A stretch of 64,000 nt of DNA from Calditrichia bacterium (GCA_020634975.1 JACKAQ010000001.1:2359272-2423271); one strand, 5' to 3'; numbered from the stretch's first letter, positions 49,526 to 60,470 are shown. Numbers and translations: made by a program. Notes: generated from the sequence alone by a model not told the origin.

Positions 49526-52500
49526 TTATCGCAGCAAAATCATCTTCCGGGTTTGCACAAAACTACCCGCCTGCAACCGGTATAAATACACGCCGCTAGC
49601 TACCTGCGCATCGAACCGGTTTCTGCCATTCCAGATAATCGTGTGTGTGCCCGCGGTTTGCTGCCCGCTCGCTAATTCGGCTACTTTTTCCCCGATCAGG
49701 TTGAAAATTTCCAGCTTCACTGTAGCAGATTTCGGCAATTGGTAGCGAATATGTGTTTCCGGGTTGAACGGGTTCGGGTAGTTTTGATACAGCACAAATT
49801 CATCCGCAAGCGCCGGATCGATGCCGTCATCAATGCCGGTAATGCCGATGCCCTGCAGCACATCCCCGACGATATCGCCGTGATTGCCGTTTACGGAAAA
49901 ATCGCGCACGTCATCTGCGCCATCGCCGCCGATGCCCAAATCTTCCAGTTCATCAAATCGCCAGTAACCGACGATGCCCTGCTGCGCGATGCCGTAAACA
50001 TCTGCGGATAGCGTATCGGTCAGCGCTTCGCGAATCTGTTCGCCGCTGCGTGCGATATGCCAGTAACGCACTTCGTCAATTGAGCCGCTAAACGGCGTGG
50101 TGAATGCCTGTCGTCCGCCGATGCGAAAATCATCCAGATTTTGGGCACTGCTGTGATCGCCGATGATCCCGTTGGCTTTCATCGCGTGAAACAGGTTGCC
50201 GTTGATGTAGGTCATGATCGCCGGTTCCGGTGCGTTGCTGTCGTATACCAACGCGATGTGTACCCATTCATTTTCTTTCGCAACGTATCCGGTGTTGGTC
50301 CATACCCAATGCGGCGAATCAACCGCGATTGCCCAGCGAATGGTGCCATCCGTGAAACGCGCAATTTCAAATTCGCCTTCGCGATTGATGATGATGCCGT
50401 CAACCGGCTGACTGGAAAGGCTGGCTTCCGGACGAATCCACGCTTCCAGCGTGATGGCGTCGCTGGCTTCCATGGTGGGAGAATTGCCCATATTCAAATA
50501 TCCCGGATTGTTGGCGGTGGTGCGATTAAATGCCAGCGTATTGCCGGACAGGTTGACATCTTGCGCGACATTCGAAAATTCGCGGTTGTATGCCAGCGTG
50601 AGTGAATCGGGTTTCAGCCCGATAAATCCTTCGGAATCGCCGCTATGATTTACCGGTTTGTCTGTCCGGATGTGAACTTTTTGGCGGGTTTCATCGATGG
50701 AAATCCGCTCAATCGCGCCGCGACTTGCCCGCTGGAATTCGGTGAACGGATCGAGCGAGAACGGTGTGCCGCTCAAATCGACCTTTGCGAATGCGGTGTC
50801 CATGTGCGCAAAGGTCAACCGGATGCTGCCAAAAAATAGCGGTTCATTGCCATAAAATGTGCCCTGATCCGTGCTGATCCATTCGCGAACCGTGAAGGTT
50901 GTATCCTTTCCGTCAATTTTGAAATTGTCCGGATTGATGCGGATTTTTGAGAAATACACCCGGCGGTAGAACGTATCCTGAATCCAGTCGATGTAATTTG
51001 TTGTGTCGCTGCTGTTTGGCAGTGTCAAATATTCGCGCGGTGTGGCGAGTGGATCTCCGGTTTTTGGATCGTCGAACAGGCAAAATAATTTCGCCGGTTT
51101 ATCGGGATCGCCGCCGGAGAAAAGCAAAAATTCGCCGCCGGGACTCGGTAACAAACCCGCAAATTCCTTTACTTCGGCTGCGTTTTTGTAAAGTGCCGGT
51201 AGGACAATATTTGATTCTGTCACATCGCCGCGAGCGTTCTCGACGAACACTTTGCCGGTGGTTTCTGCCGGAGATTCAAACGGTAAGTCATTGGTAAACA
51301 ATGCGTTATTGCTGTCACTCAAATCGACTTCGCGAAGCTGGCCGTTTACCGTCACCTGCGCTTTCACCGATAAAATCGGGAAGTTGCCGGGAAACGCACT
51401 CACGTAAACATGCTTGAAATCCGGTGAAAACGTCGCCAGATCGACATTCGCAATTGGCGAACTGCCGGGACTCATCATCACCATTTGGGTATTGCGGAAC
51501 ATGCTCAGACCGAGCAAATTGCCCGGCTGACCCTGAGTATTCCATTCGTTAATCACTGCCGCCGATGGCGTTGAAACATACCAGTCATCCGGATACAACC
51601 GGTTGTCGATGTAGGTTTGTCCGCCGGTTTCGGTCACATCAAAAATATGGGAGAGCACATCGCTGAACGTGTAATCCAGCGTGTAATAATCCGTGCCGAC
51701 ATACACCTGATAGTGATAAATTTCGTCGTCACCGAGGTTGGCTTTGACATTCACGACCACCGGATCAATCTCGCTTTCGAAGCTCGACCACTCCACTTCA
51801 GCATCGTAACTTTGCGTATCAGGATTCCAGCGCACCACGTTTGCATCCACCTGTGTGACCACCAAACCCAGCGGCGCACCCATTTGGATGGCTTTCAATT
51901 CTTCCATCGTTAAAATGATGTCGTTATTTTGATTGTCTTTTTCGATGGCAATTGTGCCGGACGCCGGATAACGGCTGTTGGGCAAACCTTTCGGTTCCAG
52001 CCGATTGGCTGCCTGGTTCGGCGTGATTGTCGCGATGGTTTTTTCCCCGAGCACCAGATTGAAGGTCGGAACAACATCCAACGCCGTTGCGCTGCCAAGA
52101 TTTTTCATAAAAACCCGCAACTTCAGTCGTGCAGCCTGGCTGGGATTGGTTGTTCGCGTGTCGCTCCAGTTGGTGCCGAAAGTGCTCGTGGTGCTTTGGG
52201 TGCTCGTCCAGGTGTGGGAATAGGATGCAGTCACTTCCGCACTGACCAGCTTAAACGGATTGAGTTCTGCGCCGACAGTTACGCTGCCGCCAACCTCGTC
52301 CGTGCTGCTCGTTTCGTTCGTGTATGAGCTGCTTTGCTCGCCGCCGCTCGTATTCGAAATTTCGGTGATGGGGATGACGTCGTAATCGGTCATCCCGATG
52401 CTGATCACCGGGCGGGCAGCCACCAGCGGATCGTTTTCCGGTGACGAAACACCGGCGGGCATGTTTACGCCGGAAACTTCCATATAATCGCTATACGGAT

Positions 52501-52825
52501 CGCCGTCGGTGCTCCAACGCAGCGGATCGGTTCTGTAATAAACCACGCTGCTGTCGCCGTTCCAGGGTTGCAGTCCGTCAGCCGGATTGTATGTAAATCC
52601 GTTTATTTCCAACAAGTTATCGATGCCGTCTTCGTCGTCATCCGCCAGTGGCGATAGCGAAATGATATCGCCATTTTTCGCGATGAGTTCAATCATTTTG
52701 CCGGATGCCGTTTCGCGAATGCGAACTTCCTGCGCCAGCAATTGCTGTATGGCGGCAAAACTTAATACGAAAAACCAGACGGTAATTTTCGCAAATGCCA
52801 AAAGCTTGGTTTGATGATGATTCAT
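49526..52825 (-). CDS. 1099-aa secreted protein with a LamG/concanavalin-A-like domain and T9SS C-terminal sorting domain
   Basis: Signal peptide. LamG-like segment (ITLEAWIRPE...WVHIALVYD). C-terminus NYPNPFNPETHIRY...RKMILLR. Confidence 0.75.
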   Translation of the reverse strand: MNHHQTKLLAFAKITVWFFVLSFAAIQQLLAQEVRIRETASGKMIELIAKNGDIISLSPLADDDEDGIDNLLEINGFTYNPADGLQPWNGDSSVVYYRTDPLRWSTDGDPYSDYMEVSGVNMPAGVSSPENDPLVAARPVISIGMTDYDVIPITEISNTSGGEQSSSYTNETSSTDEVGGSVTVGAELNPFKLVSAEVTASYSHTWTSTQSTTSTFGTNWSDTRTTNPSQAARLKLRVFMKNLGSATALDVVPTFNLVLGEKTIATITPNQAANRLEPKGLPNSRYPASGTIAIEKDNQNNDIILTMEELKAIQMGAPLGLVVTQVDANVVRWNPDTQSYDAEVEWSSFESEIDPVVVNVKANLGDDEIYHYQVYVGTDYYTLDYTFSDVLSHIFDVTETGGQTYIDNRLYPDDWYVSTPSAAVINEWNTQGQPGNLLGLSMFRNTQMVMMSPGSSPIANVDLATFSPDFKHVYVSAFPGNFPILSVKAQVTVNGQLREVDLSDSNNALFTNDLPFESPAETTGKVFVENARGDVTESNIVLPALYKNAAEVKEFAGLLPSPGGEFLLFSGGDPDKPAKLFCLFDDPKTGDPLATPREYLTLPNSSDTTNYIDWIQDTFYRRVYFSKIRINPDNFKIDGKDTTFTVREWISTDQGTFYGNEPLFFGSIRLTFAHMDTAFAKVDLSGTPFSLDPFTEFQRASRGAIERISIDETRQKVHIRTDKPVNHSGDSEGFIGLKPDSLTLAYNREFSNVAQDVNLSGNTLAFNRTTANNPGYLNMGNSPTMEASDAITLEAWIRPEASLSSQPVDGIIINREGEFEIARFTDGTIRWAIAVDSPHWVWTNTGYVAKENEWVHIALVYDSNAPEPAIMTYINGNLFHAMKANGIIGDHSSAQNLDDFRIGGRQAFTTPFSGSIDEVRYWHIARSGEQIREALTDTLSADVYGIAQQGIVGYWRFDELEDLGIGGDGADDVRDFSVNGNHGDIVGDVLQGIGITGIDDGIDPALADEFVLYQNYPNPFNPETHIRYQLPKSATVKLEIFNLIGEKVAELASGQQTAGTHTIIWNGRNRFDAQVASGVYLYRLQAGSFVQTRKMILLR

Positions 52826-52980
52826 TAGATCACCTCCGTTGAAATATTGCGTTAAACTTTCCCCCTACTTGATAACGCAACAAAACGCGATCAAAGTGAT
52901 CATACTTTTTTGATTTTTTTTAGAATGGATTAAAAGGAAGGCAATTTGAGAACGGATTTGACAGTTCCGATCGAACGCTC

Positions 52981-53658
52981 TCAATTAAAAAAACGCTGAA
53001 TTTCGGCGATGGTTTTGGGAAACGGTGCGTCCGCAACGCGATTTTTCCATTGCGCCCAAAGCAGTCGCACTTCATCAAATGTATCGATGTCCGATTCCTG
53101 CGGCAGCAGCGCAACCGAAATATGGTTCGAATTCGCAACTTCCATTGTTTTGACGAACACAGATGTTGTGCTCCACGGAATATTTTCGAACAGCGCCGGA
53201 TTCGCCCGGCGCATCCCGACGAGGTAATAACCGCCGTCATTTGTGGGACCGAAAACAGCGTCGCTGCTGTCCAGTTTTTCGAATGCGAGGTTGATGCGCG
53301 CGGCGTCCAGCGTTGGCAAATCGCTGCCGATAATCGCGGCTTTGCGATAGCCCGCTGCCAGCGAATTGGCAATTGCGCCATTCATTTTTTCACCCAGATT
53401 TCCGGCAATTTGCGGCACAAAAGACAGATGTTCTCCGAGCCAGTCGCGCATTTGCGCTTCGCTTTCCGGCGGCCAAAAGTGGATTTGCAGATCAAATTGT
53501 TCGCTATTTTGAAGGTTGGCAACCAAGTCTTCGCACATTGCGCGAAACAGCCGGTACGAGCCCTCCGGCGAAATTTCCGGCTGCAACCGCGTTTTAACCG
53601 CACCGGGGCGCGGAAATTTCATAAAAATAATCAACAGATTTTCTGATTTAGTCATCAA
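52981..53658 (-). CDS. DUF2064-family protein (nucleotide-diphospho-sugar transferase fold)
   Basis: LLIIFMKFPRPGAVKTRL N-terminus typical of DUF2064/TIGR04282-like proteins. Confidence 0.5.
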   Translation of the reverse strand: MMTKSENLLIIFMKFPRPGAVKTRLQPEISPEGSYRLFRAMCEDLVANLQNSEQFDLQIHFWPPESEAQMRDWLGEHLSFVPQIAGNLGEKMNGAIANSLAAGYRKAAIIGSDLPTLDAARINLAFEKLDSSDAVFGPTNDGGYYLVGMRRANPALFENIPWSTTSVFVKTMEVANSNHISVALLPQESDIDTFDEVRLLWAQWKNRVADAPFPKTIAEIQRFFN

Positions 53659-53712
53659 CTGTTGTCTCGGGTAGGGAACGTTCGTGACCGTTCCGATATA
53701 AACGATGCTGTT

Positions 53713-54360
53713 TTATTCCGTTTCATCATCGGTGTTCAGCCGGGCATTTTCCAGCACATCGCTGATGTAGCTCCACTCAAATCCCTTTGCCTGCAAATGC
53801 CGGATGAGCTTTTCGGCGCGTTTTCGTCCCGGCAAATGCGCGTTTCGCGCCAAAAATTTATCCGCCAATTCCTGAACAATCTCCGATTGTGTGTCATCTG
53901 AAAAATATTCATCGAGAACTGGCAAATAAATATCGCGGGAAATACCGCGTTTCATCAGCTTATCCTGCAGCAAGTTTTTGCTGCACGGGCGCAACAGCAG
54001 TTCATTCTGGATAAATTGGTGGCAAAATTGGCGGTCATTCACCAATTCCAGCCGTTCGAGATCGTCCAGCGCCGGATCGATATGTGCCGTTTCAAATCCT
54101 TTTTGCAGAGCTTTGAGCAGCAGCTCTCTCCGGCTGTGCGGCCGCCGCGAAAGGTAGCTGAGCAACTGGTCTTTCGCGCGACGGATACCGTCTTCCAACT
54201 GGATTTCGGCAAATTCGGTTTCGCCAAACGATTTTCCGGGTGAAATACTGTGTTTCAGCACCGTTTCCGGGCTGAACCAGCGCCCTTCGCCGTCATCCAG
54301 ATACACGATAAATCGCTCCGGACGCCGCCGCTTGAATTCCATGTGAATGACAGTTGGCAT
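53713..54360 (-). CDS. recX: Recombination regulator RecX
   Basis: Immediately downstream of recA. Helical-repeat composition typical of RecX. Confidence 0.65.
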   Translation of the reverse strand: MPTVIHMEFKRRRPERFIVYLDDGEGRWFSPETVLKHSISPGKSFGETEFAEIQLEDGIRRAKDQLLSYLSRRPHSRRELLLKALQKGFETAHIDPALDDLERLELVNDRQFCHQFIQNELLLRPCSKNLLQDKLMKRGISRDIYLPVLDEYFSDDTQSEIVQELADKFLARNAHLPGRKRAEKLIRHLQAKGFEWSYISDVLENARLNTDDETE

Positions 54361-54426
54361 ATTCTTTAAAAAACAAAACCTCCCGGCGAATATCCCGGGA
54401 GGTTTTGAAGGTTGAGTCGAGTTAGC

Positions 54427-55488
54427 TTATTTTTTCTCTTTGGCCGGTTTGTTATTGGTTTCGGCTGTGACTTCGGCCATTTCTTCTTCCTGAATCAGGT
54501 TTAGTTTTTTGCGTACGGCAAGTTCAATTTTTTCCGCAAAATCCTGATTTTCTTTGAGATAAACCTTCACATTTTCACGTCCCTGACCGAGCCGGTCCTC
54601 GCCGTGGCTATACCAGGTGCCGCTTTTTTGCACGATGTTCATATCGCTCGCCAAATCCAGCAAGTCGCCGTATTTGGAAATACCTTCGCCATACATGATG
54701 TCGAATTCGCATTCTTTGAACGGCGGCGCAAGTTTGTTTTTGACAACCTTGACTTTGGTGCGGTTGCCGACCACATCCGTGCCGTTTTTGATAGCGGCAA
54801 TGCGGCGAATATCCAGCCGGATCGAAGTGTAAAATTTGAGTGCTTTACCGCCGGTGGTCGTTTCCGGGCTGCCGAACATCACGCCGATTTTATCGCGAAG
54901 CTGGTTGATAAAAATGACGCAAGTATTTGATTTGCTTACAGTTGCAGTCAATTTCCGTAGCGCCTGCGACATCAATCGTGCCTGCAAACCCATGTGAGAA
55001 TCACCCATTTCGCCTTCGATTTCCGCGCGGGGAACGAGCGCTGCAACCGAGTCCACCACAACCACATCCAGCGCACCGCTGCGCACCAGGGTTTCCACAA
55101 TTTCCAGCGCCTGCTCGCCGTTATCCGGCTGCGAAACCAGCAGGTTGACCGTATCCACACCCAATTTGCGGGCATAAACTGGGTCCAGCGCATGCTCCGC
55201 GTCCACAAACGCGGCCAAACCGCCGGTTTTCTGCGCTTCGGCAATGACATGCAGGGTTAGCGTGGTTTTACCGGACGATTCCGGACCGTAAATTTCCACA
55301 ATCCTGCCCCGGGGAATTCCGCCGATGCCCAGTGCATTGTCCAGCGAAATGGAGCCGGTGGAAATTACATCCATATGAATTTTGGGGCGATCGCCCAATC
55401 GCATAATCGAGCCTTTGCCAAACTGGCGTTCGATTTGGGTCATCGCCAAACCGATGGCTTTTTGCTTATCACCGTTTTCTGTACTCAT
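54427..55488 (-). CDS. recA: Recombinase RecA
   Basis: Walker A ([13 protein letters not shown]), L1/L2 loop regions, overall collinear with RecA. 353 aa. Confidence 0.97.
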   Translation of the reverse strand: MSTENGDKQKAIGLAMTQIERQFGKGSIMRLGDRPKIHMDVISTGSISLDNALGIGGIPRGRIVEIYGPESSGKTTLTLHVIAEAQKTGGLAAFVDAEHALDPVYARKLGVDTVNLLVSQPDNGEQALEIVETLVRSGALDVVVVDSVAALVPRAEIEGEMGDSHMGLQARLMSQALRKLTATVSKSNTCVIFINQLRDKIGVMFGSPETTTGGKALKFYTSIRLDIRRIAAIKNGTDVVGNRTKVKVVKNKLAPPFKECEFDIMYGEGISKYGDLLDLASDMNIVQKSGTWYSHGEDRLGQGRENVKVYLKENQDFAEKIELAVRKKLNLIQEEEMAEVTAETNNKPAKEKK

Positions 55489-55610
55489 AAAAAAGACCTC
55501 ATTCAGGTATGCGTTTCAATATAAATAGTTGACAATTTTTGATAAAAATCGATAGTGAACACAATTACACCAAAATATAGAAAACGCGAATCTCATTTGC
55601 AAATAAAAAT

Positions 55611-56189
55611 TCAGGTTTTTTGCAAATTGACAGATTTGAGCACAGAATAAATGGCGCCCTGCCGGGTGAGTTCGCTTTTCATCAGGTGAACCGATGCGAC
55701 CGGAATGGCGATTTCGGGGAATGTTTTTGTGCGTAAATGCTCAACAATTGCAGCCGTTTGATGGGGATTTTTTACCCGACCGATGGTCAGGTGCGGCTTA
55801 AAGCGGCGGTTTTCGCGGGGAAAACCGATGGCTTCCAACTGCGCTTCGATGGCGGATTGCAACTGCAGCATTGCCGCCCAATCGGGCTCGCTGCCAGTTA
55901 CGCCCACCCAAAAAACGTTCGGTTTTCGCCAGTTGGCAAATGCGCCGGGTTGTCCGCTGGCGAGCGCAAACGGCGCTGTAGTTGCGCAGGCATTTTCCAG
56001 CGCTGATTCAATTTGCGGACGCTGACTTTCCATGATGTCCCCCAAAAATTTGAGGGTGATGTGAATCGATTCCGGTTTCACCCATTTCACCGCGCCGGTT
56101 TCGGGCGGCATTCCGGCGATCAAATCGCCGAGCGCAGCAATTAATTTTTCCGGCAGGTGAATCGCGATAAATGTGCGTAGGGTTTGCAT
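55611..56189 (-). CDS. thpR: RNA 2',3'-cyclic phosphodiesterase (2H phosphoesterase, ThpR/LigT)
   Basis: Two H-x-T/S-x motifs (HITLKFLG, HLTIGRV). Sits upstream of recA, as in many bacteria. Confidence 0.8.
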   Translation of the reverse strand: MQTLRTFIAIHLPEKLIAALGDLIAGMPPETGAVKWVKPESIHITLKFLGDIMESQRPQIESALENACATTAPFALASGQPGAFANWRKPNVFWVGVTGSEPDWAAMLQLQSAIEAQLEAIGFPRENRRFKPHLTIGRVKNPHQTAAIVEHLRTKTFPEIAIPVASVHLMKSELTRQGAIYSVLKSVNLQKT

Positions 56190-56318
56190 CTGGCATCTCC
56201 AAAAATTTCTGAAAAAATATAGCGCGACGGCAGAAATGGCACAAGCTGCATTTGGAATTTTGTTGCGGATGCGCTAACTTCGTCGCATCAAAACGGCAAA
56301 ATTATTGGGGAGTGATTC

Positions 56319-57290
56319 ATGAAAAAGTTATTGTTTTTGTTGATGTTATCCGTTGGCGTTTCCGCGCAGACGTTTTTCAGCACGCCGTTTGCGCACACCT
56401 ATTCAATTGTTGCGGTGGATACCGTAACCGGGGAAATTGGCGCGGCGGTGCAATCGCACTGGTTTTCGGTTGGCAGCATTGTGATTTGGGCAGAAGCGGG
56501 TGTCGGCGCAGTGGCGACGCAGTCGTTTGTCAACCCGTCGTTCGGGCCGCGCGGATTGTCGCTGCTGAAATCGGGGATGACCTCGCAGCAAGCGGTAAAC
56601 TCGTTGCTGGAAACCGATGACGGGCGCGATGTCCGGCAGCTTGCCATCATCGACGCACGGGGAAATGCGGCAACCCACACCGGCAAAGGCTGTATCCCGG
56701 ATGCCGGGCATATCACCCGGAAAAATTATTCGATTCAGGCAAATATGATGCTCAATAATCGGGTGTGGCCGGCGATGGAAAAAGCCTTTCTCGACGCAAA
56801 AGGTCCGCTGGCGGAACGGCTGGTTGCAGCGTTGGAAGCGGCGCAGGCGCAGGGCGGCGATATTCGTGGCAAACAATCGGCGGCGCTGCTGGTGGTTCGC
56901 GGAAAATCGACCGGAAACATTTGGGAAGACCGGCTGGTGGATTTGCGGGTGGAAGATCATGCCGAACCGGTGCAGGAGATCAAACGATTGCTGCGGATGC
57001 ATCGCGCATACGACCACATGAACGCGGGCGACTTGGCTATCGAACAAGATGATGAAGCCGGTGCGCTGCGCGAATATGGCGCTGCGATGGACATGTTCCC
57101 GGATAATCTGGAAATGAAATACTGGACCGCGGTTTCGCTGGTGAATATGAACCGCATGAGCGAGGCGCTGCCGATGTTCAAAGATGTGTTCAGCAAAGAC
57201 AAAAATTGGCGGCTGCTGACATCGCGGCTGCAGCCGAAAGGCTTGCTGAAAGTTTCGCCGCAGCAGTTGCGGGAAATTTTGAATCAGTAG
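56319..57290 (+). CDS. DUF1028-family (Ntn-hydrolase-fold) secreted protein with C-terminal TPR-like region
   Basis: Signal peptide. Conserved DUF1028 N-terminus (TYSIVAVD...GEIGAAVQSHWFSVGS). Confidence 0.6.
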   Translation: MKKLLFLLMLSVGVSAQTFFSTPFAHTYSIVAVDTVTGEIGAAVQSHWFSVGSIVIWAEAGVGAVATQSFVNPSFGPRGLSLLKSGMTSQQAVNSLLETDDGRDVRQLAIIDARGNAATHTGKGCIPDAGHITRKNYSIQANMMLNNRVWPAMEKAFLDAKGPLAERLVAALEAAQAQGGDIRGKQSAALLVVRGKSTGNIWEDRLVDLRVEDHAEPVQEIKRLLRMHRAYDHMNAGDLAIEQDDEAGALREYGAAMDMFPDNLEMKYWTAVSLVNMNRMSEALPMFKDVFSKDKNWRLLTSRLQPKGLLKVSPQQLREILNQ

Positions 57291-57298
57291 TGAACATA

Positions 57299-57319
57299 GG
57301 GGCGAGCGACCGCTCGCCC
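57299..57319. terminator. Bidirectional GC-rich hairpin between convergent genes
   Basis: GGGCGAGCG-ACC-GCTCGCCC. Confidence 0.55.
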
Positions 57320-59968
57320 TTACTTTCCGAAAATGGTGATCAGTCCGCGCCGGAAATTCGGGTTCAGAAACCGGCGCAGCGCATCTTTCGGCGGGGAGGG
57401 TTTGCGCCACCCGCTAACTTTTGATTGCAGATGGGTGTTGTCGAACGCCAGCGTGCTGAAACGCGCTTCCACCTGTGTATCGCTGAGGATGCGCCCGATA
57501 ATCACCGCCGATCGCTCCCAAATTACCGCCGCGCGATCGAACCGGGGCATCTCGTCAAAATCGACCATCCCGACCATTCCGCTGCCGGAAACGGCAATCA
57601 CGCCGCCGTCGTCCATCACCTCAAATTGAATGGTTTGCCCAATTTTCACCGGATAATAGGCGCTTTTGAATTTGTGAATCAGGATGCCCGATTCGCGGAT
57701 GTTTTTCTCAAATTTGCGCACCTGCCGCTCCACTTTTTCGTGATCCGATTGATATTGCGTCAACGCCTCTCGATAGGCCGCTTCCGCTGCTTCGGCATCG
57801 CGGATGTGCGTTTGCCATCGCTGAAAATCGCTGTGCCAATGGTTGCGCAACGGATGCAGCGCGTTCGACCAGCGCGTAAAAAATCGATCCAGCCGCAACT
57901 GCCCCAATCGTTCGATAAATTCGATTTGCTCCGATTCCCGCCGGAAATCTGGCGCGGCAGCAACCTCTTTTGCCAGCTTGTCGATCTGCGTCAGCAGCGA
58001 TGGCGTTTTGGCTTCATCCAGAAACGGGCTGATGTTTTTTTCGGCGGAATAATACAAAAACAGGTTTGCCTTTGCGCGGGTCATCGCCACGTAAAACAGG
58101 CGGCGCTCCGCTTCCACATGGGCAATTTTGGCGACTTCGTCCGATTTGTCTTCCGAAACCACGAACGGCGCGGTGCCTTCGCTACTGCCCGGAACGAAAA
58201 CCGTTTGCCACTCCAACCCTTTGGATTTATAAATAGTTAGCATCTTCACCGGCGGCAGGTTTCCGGGATTCGGGATCGGCTGAATTGTAATTTCCCGCAG
58301 ATGCGCCAGAAATTCCCCGCAGCGCAGGTTTTTCATTTTGGCGAACTCGATCAACGCTTTCACGGTTTGCACGCGCGACTGCCCGATTTCCATCTGCCCG
58401 CTGATGCGAATGAGGTGCGATTCGTATTCGATTTGCTCCACCAGCCAGCCGAGCGTTTTGTGCGCCGGGCGTTTCAGCCGGAGCAGCAGCAGGCGGATCG
58501 TTTCGCAAAAATCATCGACCTGCTGCTGCACGCGTTTGGGCAGCACTTCCTTTTGATGTTTCAGCACATCAATCACCGAGCGGCGGGTTTGGCGGGACAT
58601 TCGCTGTGCGCCGTCCACAATATCGCGGGAAATATAGCGGCGCGGTTTGTTGACGATATTTGCGAACATCTCGTGGTATTTCTTGATCTGCTTCGGATCT
58701 TCGGGAAATCCGCTTTCAGCAATTTCCGCCTCTGCGAACGCGAACGAGAGATACTGGAACAGCGGCAGCAGCTCGTCCCGTTTGTAAAATTCCGGCGCAC
58801 CGACGATTTCGTACGGAATATTTTTCTCCATAAACGCGGCTTCGAGATGCGCGGTTTGCGAATACAACCGGATAAGCACCGCCATTTCACGGGTCGATTG
58901 TCCGGCGGCAATGCGATCAGCAATTTCCCCGGCGATGTGTTTGGCAATTTCCCACTCATCCTTTTGTGCGAGAATTTGGGTGCTGCCGCCGAATCCCCGG
59001 GTGAGGCTCAAAAATTTGGGATAGCGCCGTTTGTTGTGGGCGATTACCGCGTTGGCGGGTAAAATTTGCTGCGCGCAGGAGCGGAAATTATCGCTGATGG
59101 TGTATACTTTCGCACCGTAATTTTTCTCGAAATTGAGGATGAACGAGGGATTTGCGCCGCGCCATTCGTAAATGCACTGGTCGTCATCGCCGATGGCCAT
59201 GTAATTGCGGTGCGGCGCGCTGAGCAGATCGAGCAGTTGGTATTGCGCGAAATTCACGTCCTGAAATTCATCTACAATAATAGAGCGATAGTTGTCCTGT
59301 GCAGATTGCAGAATTTCCGGGTGGCGGATAAGCAGCTCCCAACCCATCATCAGCATATCGTCGAATGTGATGATAAATTGCTGGGTCCGCAAATGCTCGA
59401 AAATTTTGTATGCCCGCAGATATTGCCCGTTTTCGTGCGTTGCGGCGCTGGCGATGTGCCGCGCAGCTTCCGGCAAACCGGCCGCTTCGAGATCCGCATA
59501 TGCCAGATTCCCTTTCCAGATGGAAATCTGGTTTTTCAAATCCTCGCGATCTACATCCAGTTCGGTGATGTCCGTGCTATCCGCGATCGCCATTTGCGTC
59601 AGCGTTTTGCCGATCAGCATTCCGGTGAGATTGTCCTCGCCGGTGTTGCGCAACCAGTTTTTGTCCAGAAAACCGCGCTGCACTGCCCCGCGAATCACCC
59701 GGAATCCGAGCGAGTGCAGTGTGCGGCAATCCACGCCGTTACTGCCCGTCGGGACGTTCAGCCGCTGCAACTGCCCGACGATATCCGCCACCGCGGAATT
59801 GTTGAATGATGTCGCTAAAATTTGTTGCGGCTGGCATAACTGCTGCGCAATCATATTGCGGATGCGATGCACCATGCAGGTGGTTTTCCCCGCGCCGGCG
59901 ACCGCAAAAACCAGTGCGGGACCTTCCAGATGTTGTATGATTGCCAATTGCTGATCGGTAAGCTTCAT
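57320..59968 (-). CDS. UvrD/PcrA/Rep-family ATP-dependent DNA helicase with C-terminal extension
   Basis: Walker A (AVAGAGKTTCMVHRI), UvrD motifs (DEFQDVN, helicase C-domain). 882 aa. Confidence 0.85.
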   Translation of the reverse strand: MKLTDQQLAIIQHLEGPALVFAVAGAGKTTCMVHRIRNMIAQQLCQPQQILATSFNNSAVADIVGQLQRLNVPTGSNGVDCRTLHSLGFRVIRGAVQRGFLDKNWLRNTGEDNLTGMLIGKTLTQMAIADSTDITELDVDREDLKNQISIWKGNLAYADLEAAGLPEAARHIASAATHENGQYLRAYKIFEHLRTQQFIITFDDMLMMGWELLIRHPEILQSAQDNYRSIIVDEFQDVNFAQYQLLDLLSAPHRNYMAIGDDDQCIYEWRGANPSFILNFEKNYGAKVYTISDNFRSCAQQILPANAVIAHNKRRYPKFLSLTRGFGGSTQILAQKDEWEIAKHIAGEIADRIAAGQSTREMAVLIRLYSQTAHLEAAFMEKNIPYEIVGAPEFYKRDELLPLFQYLSFAFAEAEIAESGFPEDPKQIKKYHEMFANIVNKPRRYISRDIVDGAQRMSRQTRRSVIDVLKHQKEVLPKRVQQQVDDFCETIRLLLLRLKRPAHKTLGWLVEQIEYESHLIRISGQMEIGQSRVQTVKALIEFAKMKNLRCGEFLAHLREITIQPIPNPGNLPPVKMLTIYKSKGLEWQTVFVPGSSEGTAPFVVSEDKSDEVAKIAHVEAERRLFYVAMTRAKANLFLYYSAEKNISPFLDEAKTPSLLTQIDKLAKEVAAAPDFRRESEQIEFIERLGQLRLDRFFTRWSNALHPLRNHWHSDFQRWQTHIRDAEAAEAAYREALTQYQSDHEKVERQVRKFEKNIRESGILIHKFKSAYYPVKIGQTIQFEVMDDGGVIAVSGSGMVGMVDFDEMPRFDRAAVIWERSAVIIGRILSDTQVEARFSTLAFDNTHLQSKVSGWRKPSPPKDALRRFLNPNFRRGLITIFGK

Positions 59969-60470
59969 CCGCCGTTCTCAAATTTGTGATGCACAAATGT
60001 ATACGTTCAATTGTTTTGAGGCAAAAGAAATATTCGAAATCACCCAGCAGTTGCGGCATTACACTCAATAATTCGCTGCCCGGGAAACGGGTGTGATGTG
60101 CATCATTGAAAAAGTTTGCTCAATAAAAACAATAGCTTACGATCGAAAAACACTGCCGTGTTTGATGAGTTTCAAACTTTGTCATCATATTTGTTAATAG
60201 AAATAATGATGTGCGCAGTTCGGGTGGGCGTGTCGTTTGCGCTGCAATTTGAAAATGAATTGAATCGTAAGTTGTGTGCAGCGGCGGTCGTTCAATCGCT
60301 GATCAAAAATGTAAAAAATATCGCGATTCCCACATATCACACCCTCCTGATAGCTACATTACGCTTTGGGAATCCGATTATGAAAGCGTAATACCTACCG
60401 ATTCTCGTCACTGTCGGCGTTGAACCACCGTCGGCAGTGACATTTTTTTATTGAAAACTTCCCAAAAAAA

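Noticed and set aside
56403-57410. 335-aa minus-strand ORF
   Set aside because: Antisense to the DUF1028 gene in a GC-rich region, with Arg/Pro/His-rich low-complexity translation typical of spurious GC-rich ORFs.
60116-60391. 91-aa plus-strand ORF in the 500-bp region upstream of the helicase
   Set aside because: No RBS or motif. The region is more likely promoter or regulatory DNA. Left unannotated.
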